Source of the DNA: Mycoplasmatales bacterium
Lineage (GTDB): Bacteria > Bacillota_I > Bacilli_A > Mycoplasmatales > G965222545
Assembly: GCA_965222545.1 (NCBI GenBank)
Contig: OZ244954.1
Location: 559,945-623,944, forward strand
Length of the DNA stretch: 64,000 nt
Direction: 5' to 3'
A program made the translations under genes and the position numbers. This document shows, in pieces, positions 48,317 through 62,864 of the stretch. Numbering within the stretch: position 1 is the first letter of the stretch; each line of letters begins with the position of its first letter. A model generated the notes under the pieces. The model was not told the origin of the DNA, ran no database searches, and saw only the letters and a program-made list of their open reading frames with translations.

Positions 48317-49077
48317 ATGAAAAATAAAGCTGATAGACTTTGGTTAGAAAGACAATGTCTTATTTTAATAAATGAAATTACATCTTTATCAAATAAAGAT
48401 CTTATCCCTGTAGAAGATTTAAAAAAAATAATTAATTATGAAGATGCAATCGCAAATTTCTTAATAATTTGAATCCGAAATATTGAAAAATATATAAAAA
48501 TTCTTATTACTAATTTTTATAACACTAGAGGTGAATGACAACAAAAGAAAATTAATGATATTATAAAAACCCAAATTCTTAATTTTGAGCGTGAAGATTA
48601 TATAATGTCGTTGGCAAAGGAACATAAAAAACGATTGAGATATGAATACTTATTTGCTTTACCCATTGAAGGAAAAATTCATAACACTTCATTATCAAAA
48701 TTACGGAATATATTTTTAAAAGATCATGAAAGAACTAAATTTGCAAAAGATTTTTATACTTTTTAGATATAGAATATAAATCTATAAACAATTATCTATC
48801 TATAATTAATAAATACAGAAATATTTTATTACATTCACATAATTTTTTATTTACAAAAGAAAGAATTTTAATCAAAAAAAATTTTAAACTTATAATTGAT
48901 ATTATAAAGTTAATTTATAAAGAGGATCAAATAAATATAATATTTGAAAAATTCACGGAGGGTATAAATTATTTTGATCTTCTTGACGGAGATAATTATG
49001 AATGTATGAAAACAACATTTGGTGAAAAATTTATAACTATTGAAGGAATAAATATTAAGGAAATGTTTGGAATATAA
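48317..49077 (+). pseudogene. Abi_2-like gene, copy 3, N-terminally shorter, frameshifted in a T5 run
   Basis: ATG at 48317 and TAA at 49075-49077, 761 nt, not divisible by 3. The frame breaks at T5 48760-48764 (..KDFYTF|LDIEYKS..). Downstream is INKYRNILLHSHNFLF. Confidence 0.55.
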
Positions 49078-49096
49078 AAAATAATACAATATTTTT

Positions 49097-49678
49097 ATGT
49101 CTTTAAAAAAAATTAAATTATCAATTAGAGATATTACCTTAATAGGAATATTATTAGGCTGCACTTTATTTTTGAATTTTATTGACATATATATACCACA
49201 TGTCCACGCCCTGCATAAAGTATTTTTAATTCTTGCAATTGGTCTAATAGGGTTTTACAGATCGTTAATATTACTAGTATTATTTTCTGCTTTGGAATAT
49301 TTTATTGGCGGAGGAAAATATATTATTATATGACAACAATTTGCATTACAAACTATAGCATTATATAGCTTTTTATTAATAGTAATTTATAGAAACATGA
49401 AAGAAAAGAACTTAATTTACTTAATATTAAATATAGTACTAATTTTTATAGTTTTTTTATTTATAAAGGTGTTGGGTGATAGTTTTATAACTATCAATAA
49501 TACACATAATTTTATAAAGAGTTTTTGATTAGCTATTATTTGGCCAGGAGATTGATTAGATAGCTTGACTTCTTGTATAGTTACAATATTGGTACTATGT
49601 ACCTCTTATAAGTCTTTATTTATGATATATCAAGATCAATTTATTAATAAGCAAAAATACTATACTTTTTCTAAATAA
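49097..49678 (+). CDS. polytopic membrane protein, possibly an ECF-transporter S component (193 aa)
   Basis: MSLKKIKLSIRDITLIGILLG.. N-terminus and 5-6 hydrophobic segments. 582 nt with TGA=Trp. The family assignment is only a resemblance. Confidence 0.5.
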
Positions 49679-49719
49679 AATATATTTAAAATATTATATA
49701 ATCTTTTTAAGGAGTAAAC

Positions 49720-49938
49720 ATGACTGAAAAACAAACCAAATATATAAATTATTTAAAATCTCAAAAAAAATCTTTTAATCCATTAATGATTCTTTGTATT
49801 TTTTTTCCTATTTTTCTAGTTATATATATAATATATATAATGTTCACTAATAACGGAGTTCAATCTCGTATTAATGAATATCTTTTAGTAAATAATATAG
49901 ATGTTAGTGAATTAGAAGAAACTAATATTACTACTTAA
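49720..49938 (+). CDS. small single-pass membrane protein (72 aa)
   Basis: Uninterrupted ORF with GGAG upstream. TM segment LMILCIFFPIFLVIYIIYIMF. Confidence 0.4.
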   Translation: MTEKQTKYINYLKSQKKSFNPLMILCIFFPIFLVIYIIYIMFTNNGVQSRINEYLLVNNIDVSELEETNITT

Positions 49939-49969
49939 TTTTTATAGATTACAAATACTATATATTTTA

Positions 49970-51544
49970 TTAAAATTTAATTCTCAAAATTTCAAATATT
50001 CTTTGATAATGTTTTTTTAGGTTTTGAACTAATAATCAAGGTGTTTTATCATTTATATATTTATCAACAAACTGTGTATAATTTTTTAAATAATTGAAGA
50101 AAAGAAATGGATCATTTTTTGCAATACAAGAATTTATGACATTATTTATGTCAGAGATTTGAATAATTAATTTTGCATTTTCATTGGTAATTAAATTATT
50201 ATCATTATCAGATTTCAAATCATGCTCTTTAATATTGTTTAATTTTTTTAAACTACTAGTTATTTCTTCATAGGAATTATCAAATAAATTAATGTTATCA
50301 ATATTTATTTTAATATGGCTATCACATGAGCGATTAATTATTAAGAATTTTATGTTGTCAACATTTGGAATAATTTTTTTTAAATCACGAAACGAAATAT
50401 TAGTTCCTAATCTTTTTGACATTTTCATTGTCTTTTCGTCTTTTTCTAGTCTAATCATTTGAAGAATAATAAATTTCATTTTTTTACTATCTCCACCTTG
50501 CGCCTCTATGCCTGCTAGTATTCTTGTCATATAGCTATGATGATCTGCTCCCCATATATCAATACATAAATCATAATCTTGACTTATCTTATCATAATGA
50601 TATATTGCATCTGGTAAGAAATAAGTTATTTCTCCATTAGTTTTAACAATTACTCTGTCTTTATCATCATTATATAATGATGTCTTCATTCATAGCGCAC
50701 CATCTTGTTTATATAAAACATTTTTCTTTTTTAAGTTATCAATAAATTTGTCTTTATTTTCTAAATAATATGATTCATAGTAATATTTATCAATATTAAT
50801 ATTTAATTCATCTAGATCTTCTTTTATTCTAGTAAAGAAAAATTTAACTGAAAACTTGTTTAAAATATCTTGTAAATCTTTGCTAACTTCTTCACTATTT
50901 GAGTTTGGTAAATATTTGTCACCATGTAGATCTTTAAAAGTTATTGCAGCATCATTTATTTCCTTACTTTTATAACAAGCATCAGGTATCTTTCAATTAA
51001 TGTCATAATATGATAAATATTTTATATAAACACTTAAGCCAACCATGTTTATTTGAACACCAGCATCATTTAAGTAATATGACAATGACGTGCTTCATCC
51101 CTTTTTTTTATAAATATTACCTAAAATAGAACCAACAATTCCGTTTCTAATATGACCAATATGAATATCTCCAGTTGGGTTTGCTGAAACAACTTCAATA
51201 TCAACAGATTTACCTTTAATAATATTAATTTGTTCATCTTTTAAAAAGCATTTTAGACAATCATTTAAATAGTTATCAGTAAATTTAATATTAATGAAAC
51301 AATTTTTTACAAATACTTCAGAAATTATTTCTTTATTAGTTGTTAATATTTTACTTAATTCATCAGCTATTTCTTGTGGCTTTTTTTTAATAATTTTAGT
51401 TAATTGAAATGCTGTTTTTAGATCAATATGATATTCTAGTAATGGACTAATATGATACTTAAAATATTTATCACTATTTATTATTTTATTATCAGTGATA
51501 TATTTATTGAATATATTTTTTATAGTATTTTGAATTTTATTCAT
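49970..51544 (-). CDS. argS: arginyl-tRNA synthetase (524 aa)
   Basis: SANPTGDIHIGHIRN (HIGH), MSKRLG (KMSK-type) and WGADHH motifs, 1575 nt with TGA=Trp. The start is taken at MNKIQ rather than the ORF-track upstream Met. Confidence 0.9.
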
Positions 51545-52757
51545 GATTAATATAAAACATCCCGCTACCTGCATATTTATTTATAAGGGCGTTTCTTTTC
51601 TTTAAATGTTCTAAAATAATTGGATTACTTTGAAGTAAATTAATTATATTATTATCCTTGTCATATGAGTTAATTTTATCATTTAAATTATCTTTGTTAA
51701 ATAACATAAGCGTTTTTTCTTCAGAAATATAAATATAATTCTTTTTCTCTTCATCAGTGTAATTTAACTTATTAATAAATTGTTTCATCTCATCATTTGT
51801 TTTAAAGATTTTATAATTATAAAATTTTCTTTTTCTAAAACAATCAACCATTTTATTTAAAATTTTATCTTCTTCAAATGCTAAATTTTTAATAAAAGTA
51901 TTAAAAGTATTATCATCTAAGTATAAGTATTCATCAGCGTTTAAATCTCCTTTTAATAATATCTTTTCTATCAAGGGATGAATAGTGATTTTAAACTTAT
52001 ATTTTTGTAATAAAAGGAACGCAACTCTTTTTATTATGCACAACAAGTGAATGTCAATTGCAGTATTTTTAGGGTTATAGAAAAATTGAACAAATAAATG
52101 ATATCTATTAGATATAAAGCTTTCTAACACAATAGATAAATTTCTAGAAAATACTACTTCATTGTTATCAATAACAATTCCGGTTAATAATTTTCTTCAT
52201 TCTATCTTTTTATAACTAAAACCAGTATGAAAAGAATCCCTTAATACATAGTCTAATCTATCAATATCTATCGTTGAACTAATTATATTTGAAATATATT
52301 TATGTTTATATTTTTTATCTAAAACTAAAACAATATCATTTGCTAATTTAGGATTAATTTTATTTAATATGTTATTTAATTCTTTATTTTCTAATATAAT
52401 TTGTTTAGAATATTCTTCATGTCTAATTTTTGTTATTTTTTCAAAAGTATGACTTCAAGGTCCGTGACCAATATCGTGTAGTAATGCAGATAATATTAAT
52501 AATTTTTTTTTATATTCACTTAGTTTAGAATAAAAACTATTATTTTTTATTAATTGGCAAGCCAAATAAAAAACTCCACAAGAATGAACAAATCTATTGT
52601 GGTTTGCGTTTGGATAATAATTATATAATCCGCCAAGTTGGTTAATATATTTTAACCTTTGAAAAGCAACAGTATCAATAATTGGTATAACAAAGGCTGG
52701 AATCTCAATGTTATTGTAAATACTGTCATGAATTTTAATTGTTTTACCATTAAACAT
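51537..52757 (-). CDS. HD-domain phosphohydrolase (SAMHD1/dGTPase-like), 406 aa
   Basis: NRFVHSCGV...LLHDIGHGPWSH..DIDRLDYVLRDS motifs. 1221 nt with TGA=Trp. Confidence 0.8.
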
Positions 52758-54174
52758 TTTTAAGTAACCTTTTATTTATTTCTTTTTTCCCATAAATATA
52801 AAATAATGAAGGAAGATCGAGTCCATGTGTTTCGCCAGTTAATAATATTCTTATTGGCATATATAGTTGTTCACCTTTTAATCTTGATTTTTCTTTAATA
52901 TTATTTATTATATTTTTTGCATTTTCAACTGTTATAGTCTCAATACTATTTAATTCATTTATAAGGTTTTCTTTAATTAATTTTTTATTATATTTTTTAA
53001 GAACTTGTTTAATTGCATCACTAATTCAAAGTGGTTTAATAATATTATTAATTTCATTATCTGCTTGAGAAAAGTAATCTAATTTTTCTCTAATTTGATT
53101 TAAGCAAAAATCATATTTAATTTCATTTTTAAAGTAATCTTTTTTAATAAACTGTTTAACTTTTTTTAAATATAGTCCTTCACTTAAAAGCTTTATGTGT
53201 TGTTTATTAAATCAAATTAACTTTTGTTCATTATAAATTGATGGAGCTTTTAACATTTTTGAAATATCAAATAATGAAATTAGCTCATTTATTATATATA
53301 ACTCTTTTGCTTTAATAGGAGTTCATCCTAATAATGCTAGATAATTTACAATTGCAGATGATAAAATACCTTTTTCTTTATATTGACTAATAAACTGTAA
53401 AATTAACTTATCTCTTTTTGATAGTTTTTTACCATCTTCTTTAATAATTAAATTAAAATGAGCAAACAGTGGAGAACTTTTATTAAAAGCTTTATATAAC
53501 ATTAATTGTTTACCAGTATTTGTTAAATGTTCTTCTCCTCTAAAAACGTGTGTTATTTCCATTTCAATATCATCTACAACAACTGCAAAATTATAGGTTG
53601 GTGTTCCGTTTGGTCTAAAAATAACAATGTCATCAATATCATTGCTTTGAAATGTTACTTTTCCCCTTACAAAATCAACAAACGAAAATACTTCATCTTT
53701 TTCTGTTTTATAACGTATTGAGTATTCTTTTTGTTTCTTAAGATCTATTACTTGTTGTTCAGATAAGTTTCGACATTTTTTACTATATGTATAATTTTTA
53801 GTTTTATTGTTTTTATAAAACAAATCTCTTTCTTGTAAAATTTCTTCTCTTGTGCAAAAACAACAATATGCCTTTTTACAATCTAATAATTTTTGTAAAT
53901 AGTCTACATAAATAGTTTTTCTTGATGATTGTCGATATGGTCCATACTTTCCTTTTTTTAAAACTGACTCGTCTTCATTAATTCCCAATCAATTTAATTC
54001 ATCAATATGTTTATTTACCATATCTTCTTCATGTCTTGACGAATCTGTATCTTCTGTTCGAATTATAAAAGTGCCCTTTTTATTTTTGGAAAATAAAAAA
54101 CAAAATAAAGCAGTTCTAGCTCCTCCTATATGTAATTTTCCTGTTGGACTAGGTGCAAATCTTGTTCTTACCAT
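52750..54174 (-). CDS. gltX: glutamyl-tRNA synthetase (474 aa)
   Basis: [17 protein letters not shown] (HIGH) and KLSKRD (KMSKS) motifs. 1425 nt with TGA=Trp. Confidence 0.92.
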
Positions 54175-54311
54175 TTTTTTATAAAATTTAATTACCTTAT
54201 TATATATTAGTTTAAAAAAATGGTATTAAACAAACAACACCTGCCTAATTACAATTAAATATTTTCAATATTAAGAATTTTTTTATGATTTTGTAGTATA
54301 TTATTATTAAT

Positions 54312-54446
54312 ATGTCTAAAAAAGAAAAAATACAAGCTAATACTAAGAAAACAAAACTTATATTTAATTATATAGTTCCAAGTGTATGTATATTTATATC
54401 AATTATACTTTTTATGGTTATAATTTTAGTTAAATCTCATAGCTAA
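54312..54446 (+). CDS. very small membrane protein (44 aa)
   Basis: ATG to TAA, lysine-rich N-terminus plus one TM (IVPSVCIFISIILFMVIILV). Short, so weak. Confidence 0.25.
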   Translation: MSKKEKIQANTKKTKLIFNYIVPSVCIFISIILFMVIILVKSHS

Positions 54447-54462
54447 TATTTATTCATAAAAT

Positions 54463-56016
54463 ATGATTTCTATATTTAAATCCAAAATTGATAATAAGAA
54501 GTATAACCTTCCTTATTTTATTTTTTTTGGTTTTAATACTGCTTTTGGATATTCTTTTTTAATAACAATTGGTAACGCTTTTAGTAAAGGTGGTAACTAT
54601 ACCGGATTAATTATCCTTATATCATGTTTTTTAACAATGGGATCTGGGTTAATTTTTGGAAAATTATCAAAAAGATTTAAATATAATGGCGGTGCATATC
54701 ACTATGCTACAAATGCATATTCTAAATATGTAGGTGGTATTTGTGGTATATTTCAATCTTTGATTAATCCCTTTTATAGTGCTGTTGTTCCTCTTGGTAT
54801 AGTTTGAATATTTAATGGTATTGCAATAAACGGAAACAGTAATATATCACATGAATGGTGAATTTATGGTCTTGCACTTTTAATTTTTATTGCTGTTTCT
54901 TTAATTCCCATATTTGGCTTTGCTAAGACAAATAAATATTTAAACGTTATGTTGATTATTAAACTTTCAGTTTTTATTTTTTTAGCAATTGTTGCATTAA
55001 CTAAAATTAATAATTTTAATCAAAATATTTTTCATAACGCTGGTACTGTCAAAGGATATGTATCTAACGGTCAATTTCATTATAAAACAATAAAAGAGAC
55101 ATTTTCAACATTGATTCCTGCAATATTTTTAATTTTCTTTGCATTTGAAGGATCAGAAAATTTAACAACAATGCGAAATGACGTTATTCATCCAGAAAAA
55201 AATATAGTTAAAGCAACAGTGCTTGCTCCATTATTTATAGGCATAGCATATATTATTTATTTTTATCTATTTTTAGGTTCTGTTGGGTCAAATACATCTA
55301 CTGGAGGAATGGTCCACCAAGATGGTTCTGGTAGTGCAGCATCAAATAATATTGGACCAAACGTAGTGAATACATTACTGGGCATAACGATTAAAGTGCC
55401 GGGTTTTGATAATGCTGCCGGCCCTATCGGTATTGTATTAGCTCTTTATTTAATAATTAGTCAGATATCAAATAAATCATCTGGAAGATTACAAGATGCA
55501 TGAGAAACCTCAAGAATTTTTTCATCACTTTCTCGTGATGGGTATTTGCCTAAAACTTTTTATAAAAAAAATAAATATGGTCAATTTAAATTTTCAATAT
55601 ATTTAGATTTACTTATTTCTAGTTCAATAGCAATTTTATTTATAATTTTAAATTATTTTGATAGTATTGTTTTCACAACTATATTAAGTACAACATCACT
55701 AATAACTTTTGTAGTATTTATTATTACAGGTTGCTCATTTTTTAAATTACAAAAAAAAGAGAAGAGTTTTAAACAAACTTCTTTAGTTAATTTTTTTGCT
55801 GGTTTTTCATTGTTCTTATATATATCTTTATTTATTTGTTATTTTATTGTTGGTCTTTTAAATTTAATTGGAATGGCAGAAAATAAATTACCAGCATCAC
55901 CAAATAATTATGGGATATTAATTTCATTATCTATAGTGCTTGTATTTTTCATTATTGGATTATACTGTGGTCATAAAAAAAGAGATAGTGAGCTAATAAA
56001 GAAAGATCATGCATAA
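54463..56016 (+). CDS. APC-family amino-acid permease (517 aa)
   Basis: The three ORF fragments (54463, 54949, 55546) are in one frame through TGA. About 12 hydrophobic segments and a FAFEG..N-type signature ([10 protein letters not shown]). Confidence 0.8.
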
Positions 56017-57874
56017 AAAAGTATATGACATAATTGTTGTGGGTGGCGGTCATGCAGGAATAGAAGCAGTACATGTTGCTTCTAAATATAATTTATCTGT
56101 GCTTTTAATTACATTATCTATTAATAAAATAGGACTTACCCCTTGTAATCCTTCAATTGGAGGTAGCGCTAAAGGAATTGTAGTGAGAGAGGTAGATGCT
56201 TTGGGTGGTGTAATGGGAATATTAGCTGATAAATCATCTATTCAAATGAAAATCCTAAATACAAGTAGAGGACCAGCGGTTCAAAGTTTAAGAAGTCAAA
56301 TAGATAAAATTGATTATCCTTTAAATTCACAAAAACTATTGAAAAGTATTAAAAATATTGATATTTTAGAAGATAAAGTTTTATCATTAATAATTAAAAA
56401 TAAAAAAGTAAACGGAGTTATAAGTGAAAGACATGGAAATATATCTTCAAAATCAATTATTTTAACAACCGGTACTTATTTATCTTCTTTAATTATGAAA
56501 GGTGATAGTTTACTTCATGAAGGTCCAGACAAACAAGAAACTACAACTACTATTACTAGTCAACTTAAGAAGTTAGGCTTTGAAATAATAAGATTAAAAA
56601 CCGGCACTCCCCCAAGAGTATTAGAGTTATCAATTGATTATAAAAAAACAGAAACTGAAGCTGGTGTATATGATCCAAATATATGTTTTAGTTTTATGAA
56701 TAAGAAAATAGTAAGACCAAATATTCCTTCCTATTTAACACATACAAATAAAAAAACCCACAAAATAATTAAAGATAACTTATCATTATCACCTATGTAT
56801 AGCGGCAATAAAAATTTAGGTATTGGTCCGAGATATTGTCCAAGCATTGAAGATAAAATAGTAAGGTTTAATGATAGAGATCGTCACCAGGTTTTCTTAG
56901 AAAAAGAATCTATTCATACAAACTCAATTTATATTCAAGGAATATCTACATCCTTTCCAGATAACATTCAAGATAAGATCTTAAAATCAATTCGTGGATT
57001 AGAAAATTGTACTGTTTTAAGATATGGATATGCAATTGAATATGATTCAATAAATCCATACCAATTAAAAGAAACATTAGAAACAAAACTAATTAACGGA
57101 TTATATACTGCAGGTCAAATAAATGGCACTAGTGGATATGAAGAAGCTGGAGCGCAAGGTTTTATTGCTGGAGTAAATTCTGCATTAAAAATATTAAAAA
57201 AAGCACCATTAGTTTTAAAAAGAAGCGAAGCGCATATTGGTGTAATGATTGATGACCTTGTTACTAAAGGTGTAGTAGAACCTTATAGATTATTAACTAG
57301 TAGAAGTGAATTTAGATTACTCTTAAGATCAGATAATGCTGACAGAAGATTAACTAAAATTGGTTTTAAACACGGTTCAGTATCTAAAAAAAGGTACAAT
57401 GTGTTAATTAAAAAAGAAAGCGAAATTAAAGATTTAATGGAAATATTAAACAAGACTTATTTTCATCAATCATCTAAAATAAATGATCTTTTGTTAAAAA
57501 TTTCATCAGTTCTTAAAACTAAAGTTTTTGCAGTAGAAATTATAAAAAGACCTGAAATCACTATTAATAAAATTATCAAATACTTACCCGGCACTGTTAA
57601 AAAATTTAACAGCACTATTGTTCGTCAATGTGAAATTGAAATAAAATATTATGGCTATCTAAAGTTACAGAAGAAAGATATAAATAAAATTAAAAATATG
57701 GAAAACACTAAAATTCCAATAAATATTGACTATACCAAAATAAAACAATTGTCAAAAGAATCAATAGATAAATTAATTAAATTTAAACCAGAAACGTTAG
57801 GTCAAATTACAAGAATTACTGGTTTAAAACCTTATGATGTTTTAAATATATCATATTATATGAAATCAAATTAG
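56009..57874 (+). CDS. mnmG: tRNA uridine 5-carboxymethylaminomethyl modification enzyme MnmG/GidA (621 aa)
   Basis: [18 protein letters not shown] motif, [11 protein letters not shown] and [13 protein letters not shown] motifs. Uninterrupted ORF. Confidence 0.97.
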   Translation: MHKKVYDIIVVGGGHAGIEAVHVASKYNLSVLLITLSINKIGLTPCNPSIGGSAKGIVVREVDALGGVMGILADKSSIQMKILNTSRGPAVQSLRSQIDKIDYPLNSQKLLKSIKNIDILEDKVLSLIIKNKKVNGVISERHGNISSKSIILTTGTYLSSLIMKGDSLLHEGPDKQETTTTITSQLKKLGFEIIRLKTGTPPRVLELSIDYKKTETEAGVYDPNICFSFMNKKIVRPNIPSYLTHTNKKTHKIIKDNLSLSPMYSGNKNLGIGPRYCPSIEDKIVRFNDRDRHQVFLEKESIHTNSIYIQGISTSFPDNIQDKILKSIRGLENCTVLRYGYAIEYDSINPYQLKETLETKLINGLYTAGQINGTSGYEEAGAQGFIAGVNSALKILKKAPLVLKRSEAHIGVMIDDLVTKGVVEPYRLLTSRSEFRLLLRSDNADRRLTKIGFKHGSVSKKRYNVLIKKESEIKDLMEILNKTYFHQSSKINDLLLKISSVLKTKVFAVEIIKRPEITINKIIKYLPGTVKKFNSTIVRQCEIEIKYYGYLKLQKKDINKIKNMENTKIPINIDYTKIKQLSKESIDKLIKFKPETLGQITRITGLKPYDVLNISYYMKSN

Positions 57875-57912
57875 CACAATAATAGTAGTTAATTTAAAAT
57901 ATACTAATTAAT

Positions 57913-58764
57913 ATGAAATTACTTAATGGTTTAGAATTAGCAAACAAATTAAATAAAATATCAAAACAACAACTTGAAGTTATTTTTAAAAAAGAAAACA
58001 AATTTCCAGTTCTTGGAATAGTTGTTGTCGGTAATAAATATGCAAGTAAAATTTATATAAGAAATAAAATAAAAAAATGTAATTTTTTAGGAGTGAAAAC
58101 AAAACTTTTTGAATTTTCAGAAAATATTTCACAAAATGAATTAGTTTCTAATCTTCAAAAAATAAATAAAGATAACAATATATCAAGTTATATTGTACAG
58201 TTTCCTTTACCAAAACATATTTCAAAAGAAATTATTTGTAATAACGTTGCCTTGTCAAAAGATGCAGATGGATTAAGTACAACCAATAAATCTTTATTAC
58301 TAAAAAACAATAAAAACATGCTAATCCCTTGTACCCCAAATGCAATATTTTTGTTATTAGAACACTATAATATTAATTATAAAAATAAAAATATTGTGAT
58401 TATTGGTAAAGGTGATATCGTTGGCAAGCCGTTGTTTACAATGTTTGGCCATATCCCTTGTAAATCACTTAATATATGTGATAAAAGTACTTTAGATATT
58501 ATAAAATATACAAAAATTGCTGATATTTTGGTTAGTGCTACTGGTAAAATTCACTTAATAAACAATAATATGATAAAAGATAATGTTGTATTAATTGATG
58601 TTGGAATTACATTTGACGCAAATAATAAAATAGCTGGAGATATAAATTTTGAAGATGTAAAAAAAAGGCCTGGTTATGTTACTCCAGTACCAAATGGTAT
58701 TGGTCCAATAACTATCTCTTGCCTTATTCAAAATATTATTAAATTATATAATTTAAAACATTAA
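57913..58764 (+). CDS. folD: bifunctional methylenetetrahydrofolate dehydrogenase/cyclohydrolase (283 aa)
   Basis: YIRNKIKKC, QFPLPKHI, DADGLS, GKGDIVGKP and VTPVPNGIGPIT motifs. Confidence 0.92.
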   Translation: MKLLNGLELANKLNKISKQQLEVIFKKENKFPVLGIVVVGNKYASKIYIRNKIKKCNFLGVKTKLFEFSENISQNELVSNLQKINKDNNISSYIVQFPLPKHISKEIICNNVALSKDADGLSTTNKSLLLKNNKNMLIPCTPNAIFLLLEHYNINYKNKNIVIIGKGDIVGKPLFTMFGHIPCKSLNICDKSTLDIIKYTKIADILVSATGKIHLINNNMIKDNVVLIDVGITFDANNKIAGDINFEDVKKRPGYVTPVPNGIGPITISCLIQNIIKLYNLKH

Positions 58765-58770
58765 AATTTA

Positions 58771-59277
58771 TTAAGATTTTTTAACGGTTCACCCTAACCC
58801 AAAAGTATGTGATTTATTATATACATCTCCGGTTGTAAAAGCTAATTGAATTCTATCTTTATTTATTGAGTTTACATTACTGTTAGGAACAAAACCTATA
58901 ACCTGTTGATATGGTCCTGGAGAAGTTTGCTTATCTGTACTTGAAATAGAAAGCGTGAAAGAAAATTGAATAAAATACTGATAGATTTTACTATCGTTTT
59001 GAGTTACGGTTACAGTTGTAATATAAGAAATATTTGAAGTGGGATATGATGCCGGAAGTGGAATTTCAAAACTATTATTTACCATTAAGATTGATTTAGA
59101 AGATTTAAGTGAGGAGATATAGTCATCAAATTGTTTTTTTAGTATACTTGAATATTTTATGTCAGAAGGATCTTTTGCTAACTTAACACTTGCAAAATAT
59201 CCACCAACGATTACAACTGCACACAGTGGTATAAAAATTAATGCAGGATATATTATTTTTTTTAATGTTTTTTTCAT
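58771..59277 (-). CDS. N-terminally anchored hypothetical protein (168 aa)
   Basis: ORF 58789-59277 continues through TGA to TAA at 58771. TM segment YPALIFIPLCAVVIVGGYF. Confidence 0.5.
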
Positions 59278-59296
59278 AATAATATTTTAATCTTTT

Positions 59297-60823
59297 TTAT
59301 GTAATTCTTGGAAAGAAATTAAAACTTTCTACATTAATGTTGTTATCATTGATTTCAGGTTTATTATTTTTATAATTAAACCCAAACGCTTTACTTATGT
59401 CATTAGATTTTTTAACTAAAACAGGAGAAAGTAAAAAGTTTGTATAATTAATTAAATTCATTATTACCAAAAATAATTCTTTAGTTTTATTTTTATCTTC
59501 ATTTATTAATATTCATGGTTTTTTAAACTCAATTAATTTATTTGCAATTTCTGAAATTTTTAAACTATTTTTAATTGCTTTATCTAATTCACATTTTTTA
59601 TAAAAGTTAATTGCTTCATCATATAACACTTGTGCATTTACTATTGTTTTTTTATATTCGCTAGATATTGAACTAATATTTATTTTTTTTATTAATGATA
59701 GATCATTATTAAAGTATTTTAACATCATGCCAAAATATCTAGAAATTAGGTTACCAAAATTATTTGATAAATGAGAATTATAAGTGTTTGTTAGATTTTC
59801 AATAGTAAATAAGTGGTCGTTTTTAAAACTTATCTCAGATATTAAATAAAATCTAATAACATCAGAACTTCAATTATCTAATAATTTCATTGGATCTATA
59901 ATATTGCCTTTAGATTTTGACATTTTTCCTTCTTTAGTGATTAGTCAGCCGTGATTAATTATTCTATTAGGTTGTCTAATGTTTAAATGTTTTAAAAGCA
60001 TAGGTCAGTATATACAGTGAAACCTTGTAATTTCCTTACCAATTATGTGATAAATTATAGTGTTATCATTTTTTCATATTTCATTATATAATTTGCTTTT
60101 TTCATCATACATATTTGTTGAACTTAAATAGTTAATAAGAGCATCTACTCATACATATAAACCAAAATCTTTTTCAATACTAATAGGAATGGCCCATTTT
60201 AAATTTTTTCTTGAAATACATAAATCAGTAAATTCATTATTTAAAAAATTATGTACAAGTTCGTTTTTTGTTTTTTCAAATATAAATTCTTTATTATCGT
60301 TAAAGTAATCAATTAATCATTTAGCTAAAATTTTAGTTTTTAGAAAAAAAGCTTCTTCAGAAATTTTAAGTAATTTTTTATTACAATTAGGACAGTTATT
60401 TGTTTTATTTTGAAACAAGGTGAAATATTCTTCACATGAGACACAATAGTCACTATCATAAAAACCTTTATATATTAAATTGCTATTACTTAATATTTTT
60501 AAAACCTTTTCTACTGTTTTAAGATGATATTTATCTGTAGTTCTTATGAATTTATCATAATTTATATCATATGATTTTCAAAGTTCTAGAAAATTTAAGA
60601 TTATCTTATCAACATATTTCTTTGGATCTTCATAACCGGATTCCTTTGCTTTATCTAATATTTTTTGTCCATGTTCATCACTTCCAGTTGTAAAAAATAC
60701 TTCATTGCCTATTAGTTTATGAAATCTACTAATTACATCTGCAATAGTTGTGGTATATAAATGACCAATATGTAATTTATCATTTGGATAATAAATTGGT
60801 GTAGTTACAAATATTTTTTTCAT
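59297..60823 (-). CDS. metG: methionyl-tRNA synthetase (508 aa)
   Basis: [16 protein letters not shown] (HIGH), KMSKSKGN, and zinc knuckle CVSCE..CPNC. 1527 nt with TGA=Trp. Confidence 0.93.
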
Positions 60824-60824
60824 C

Positions 60825-61635
60825 TTAATTATTATTAATTATAAGTTTATAAATGTAATTTTTTCTAACATTATACTCTTCACTAACTAATTCAGAAATA
60901 ATTTTTTTAGAAATTCCTTTTTTTAAATAAAAATTAATTTTTCTTAATAAATCACTTTCTGTTGTTTTATCTTGCTGGTTTGAAGGATAAAACACTATTG
61001 TAAACTCTCCCTTTAAATTAATTTTACTAATATCAAAATTAGATGAATTAAAGACATATTTAGTTTCGTTAATCTTAGTTAGTTCCTTACAAATTGATAT
61101 TGTTCATGTTTTTGATATTTTATCAACAATAGAAATTATTTTCAAAATTTGGCTACTTGTAATAAATGCAATAGTTGTAATATTACTATTATAAATACTT
61201 TTAATTTCATCATTTAGTGCCTTATTTTTTTTAGACAAAAAACCATAAAAATTAAATTTATTAATTGGCGCTCCAGATAAAATAAGAGAGTGAATAACTG
61301 ATGTGCTACCATTTATAACAACTATATTAAAATTTAGTAGTTCAAACTTTTTCACTAATTTATAACCTGGATCACTAATTAACGGATACCCAGCATCAGA
61401 TAAAAGACAATAATTTTCTTTTATATTTATTTTAAATTGATTATTTTCGTTTGCTTTTTTTACTAATTGTATGTGTTTGTTTTTATGAGATATTTCTAAA
61501 AGTTTAAATAATTTTAATGTTTTCGATAGGCTTTCAACCAACAAATATTGAGTTTTTTTAATTTGTTCTATAGCTCTTTTATTTATTTCATTAATATTGC
61601 CAATCGGGGTTGCAATTATGAATAAATTTTTATTA

Positions 61636-61664
<29 letters not shown>
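60825..61664 (-). CDS. rsmI: 16S rRNA (cytidine-2'-O)-methyltransferase RsmI (279 aa)
   Basis: [28 protein letters not shown] and the ELTKINE.. region. Joined through TGA at 61104. 840 nt. Confidence 0.85.
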
Positions 61665-62852
<1,188 letters not shown>

Positions 62853-62864
62853 TATTTTTTTGAT

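Noticed and set aside
48910-49188. 92-aa minus-strand ORF
   Set aside because: It is antisense to the Abi-like copy 3 C-terminus and the start of the following membrane-protein gene, and is low-complexity.
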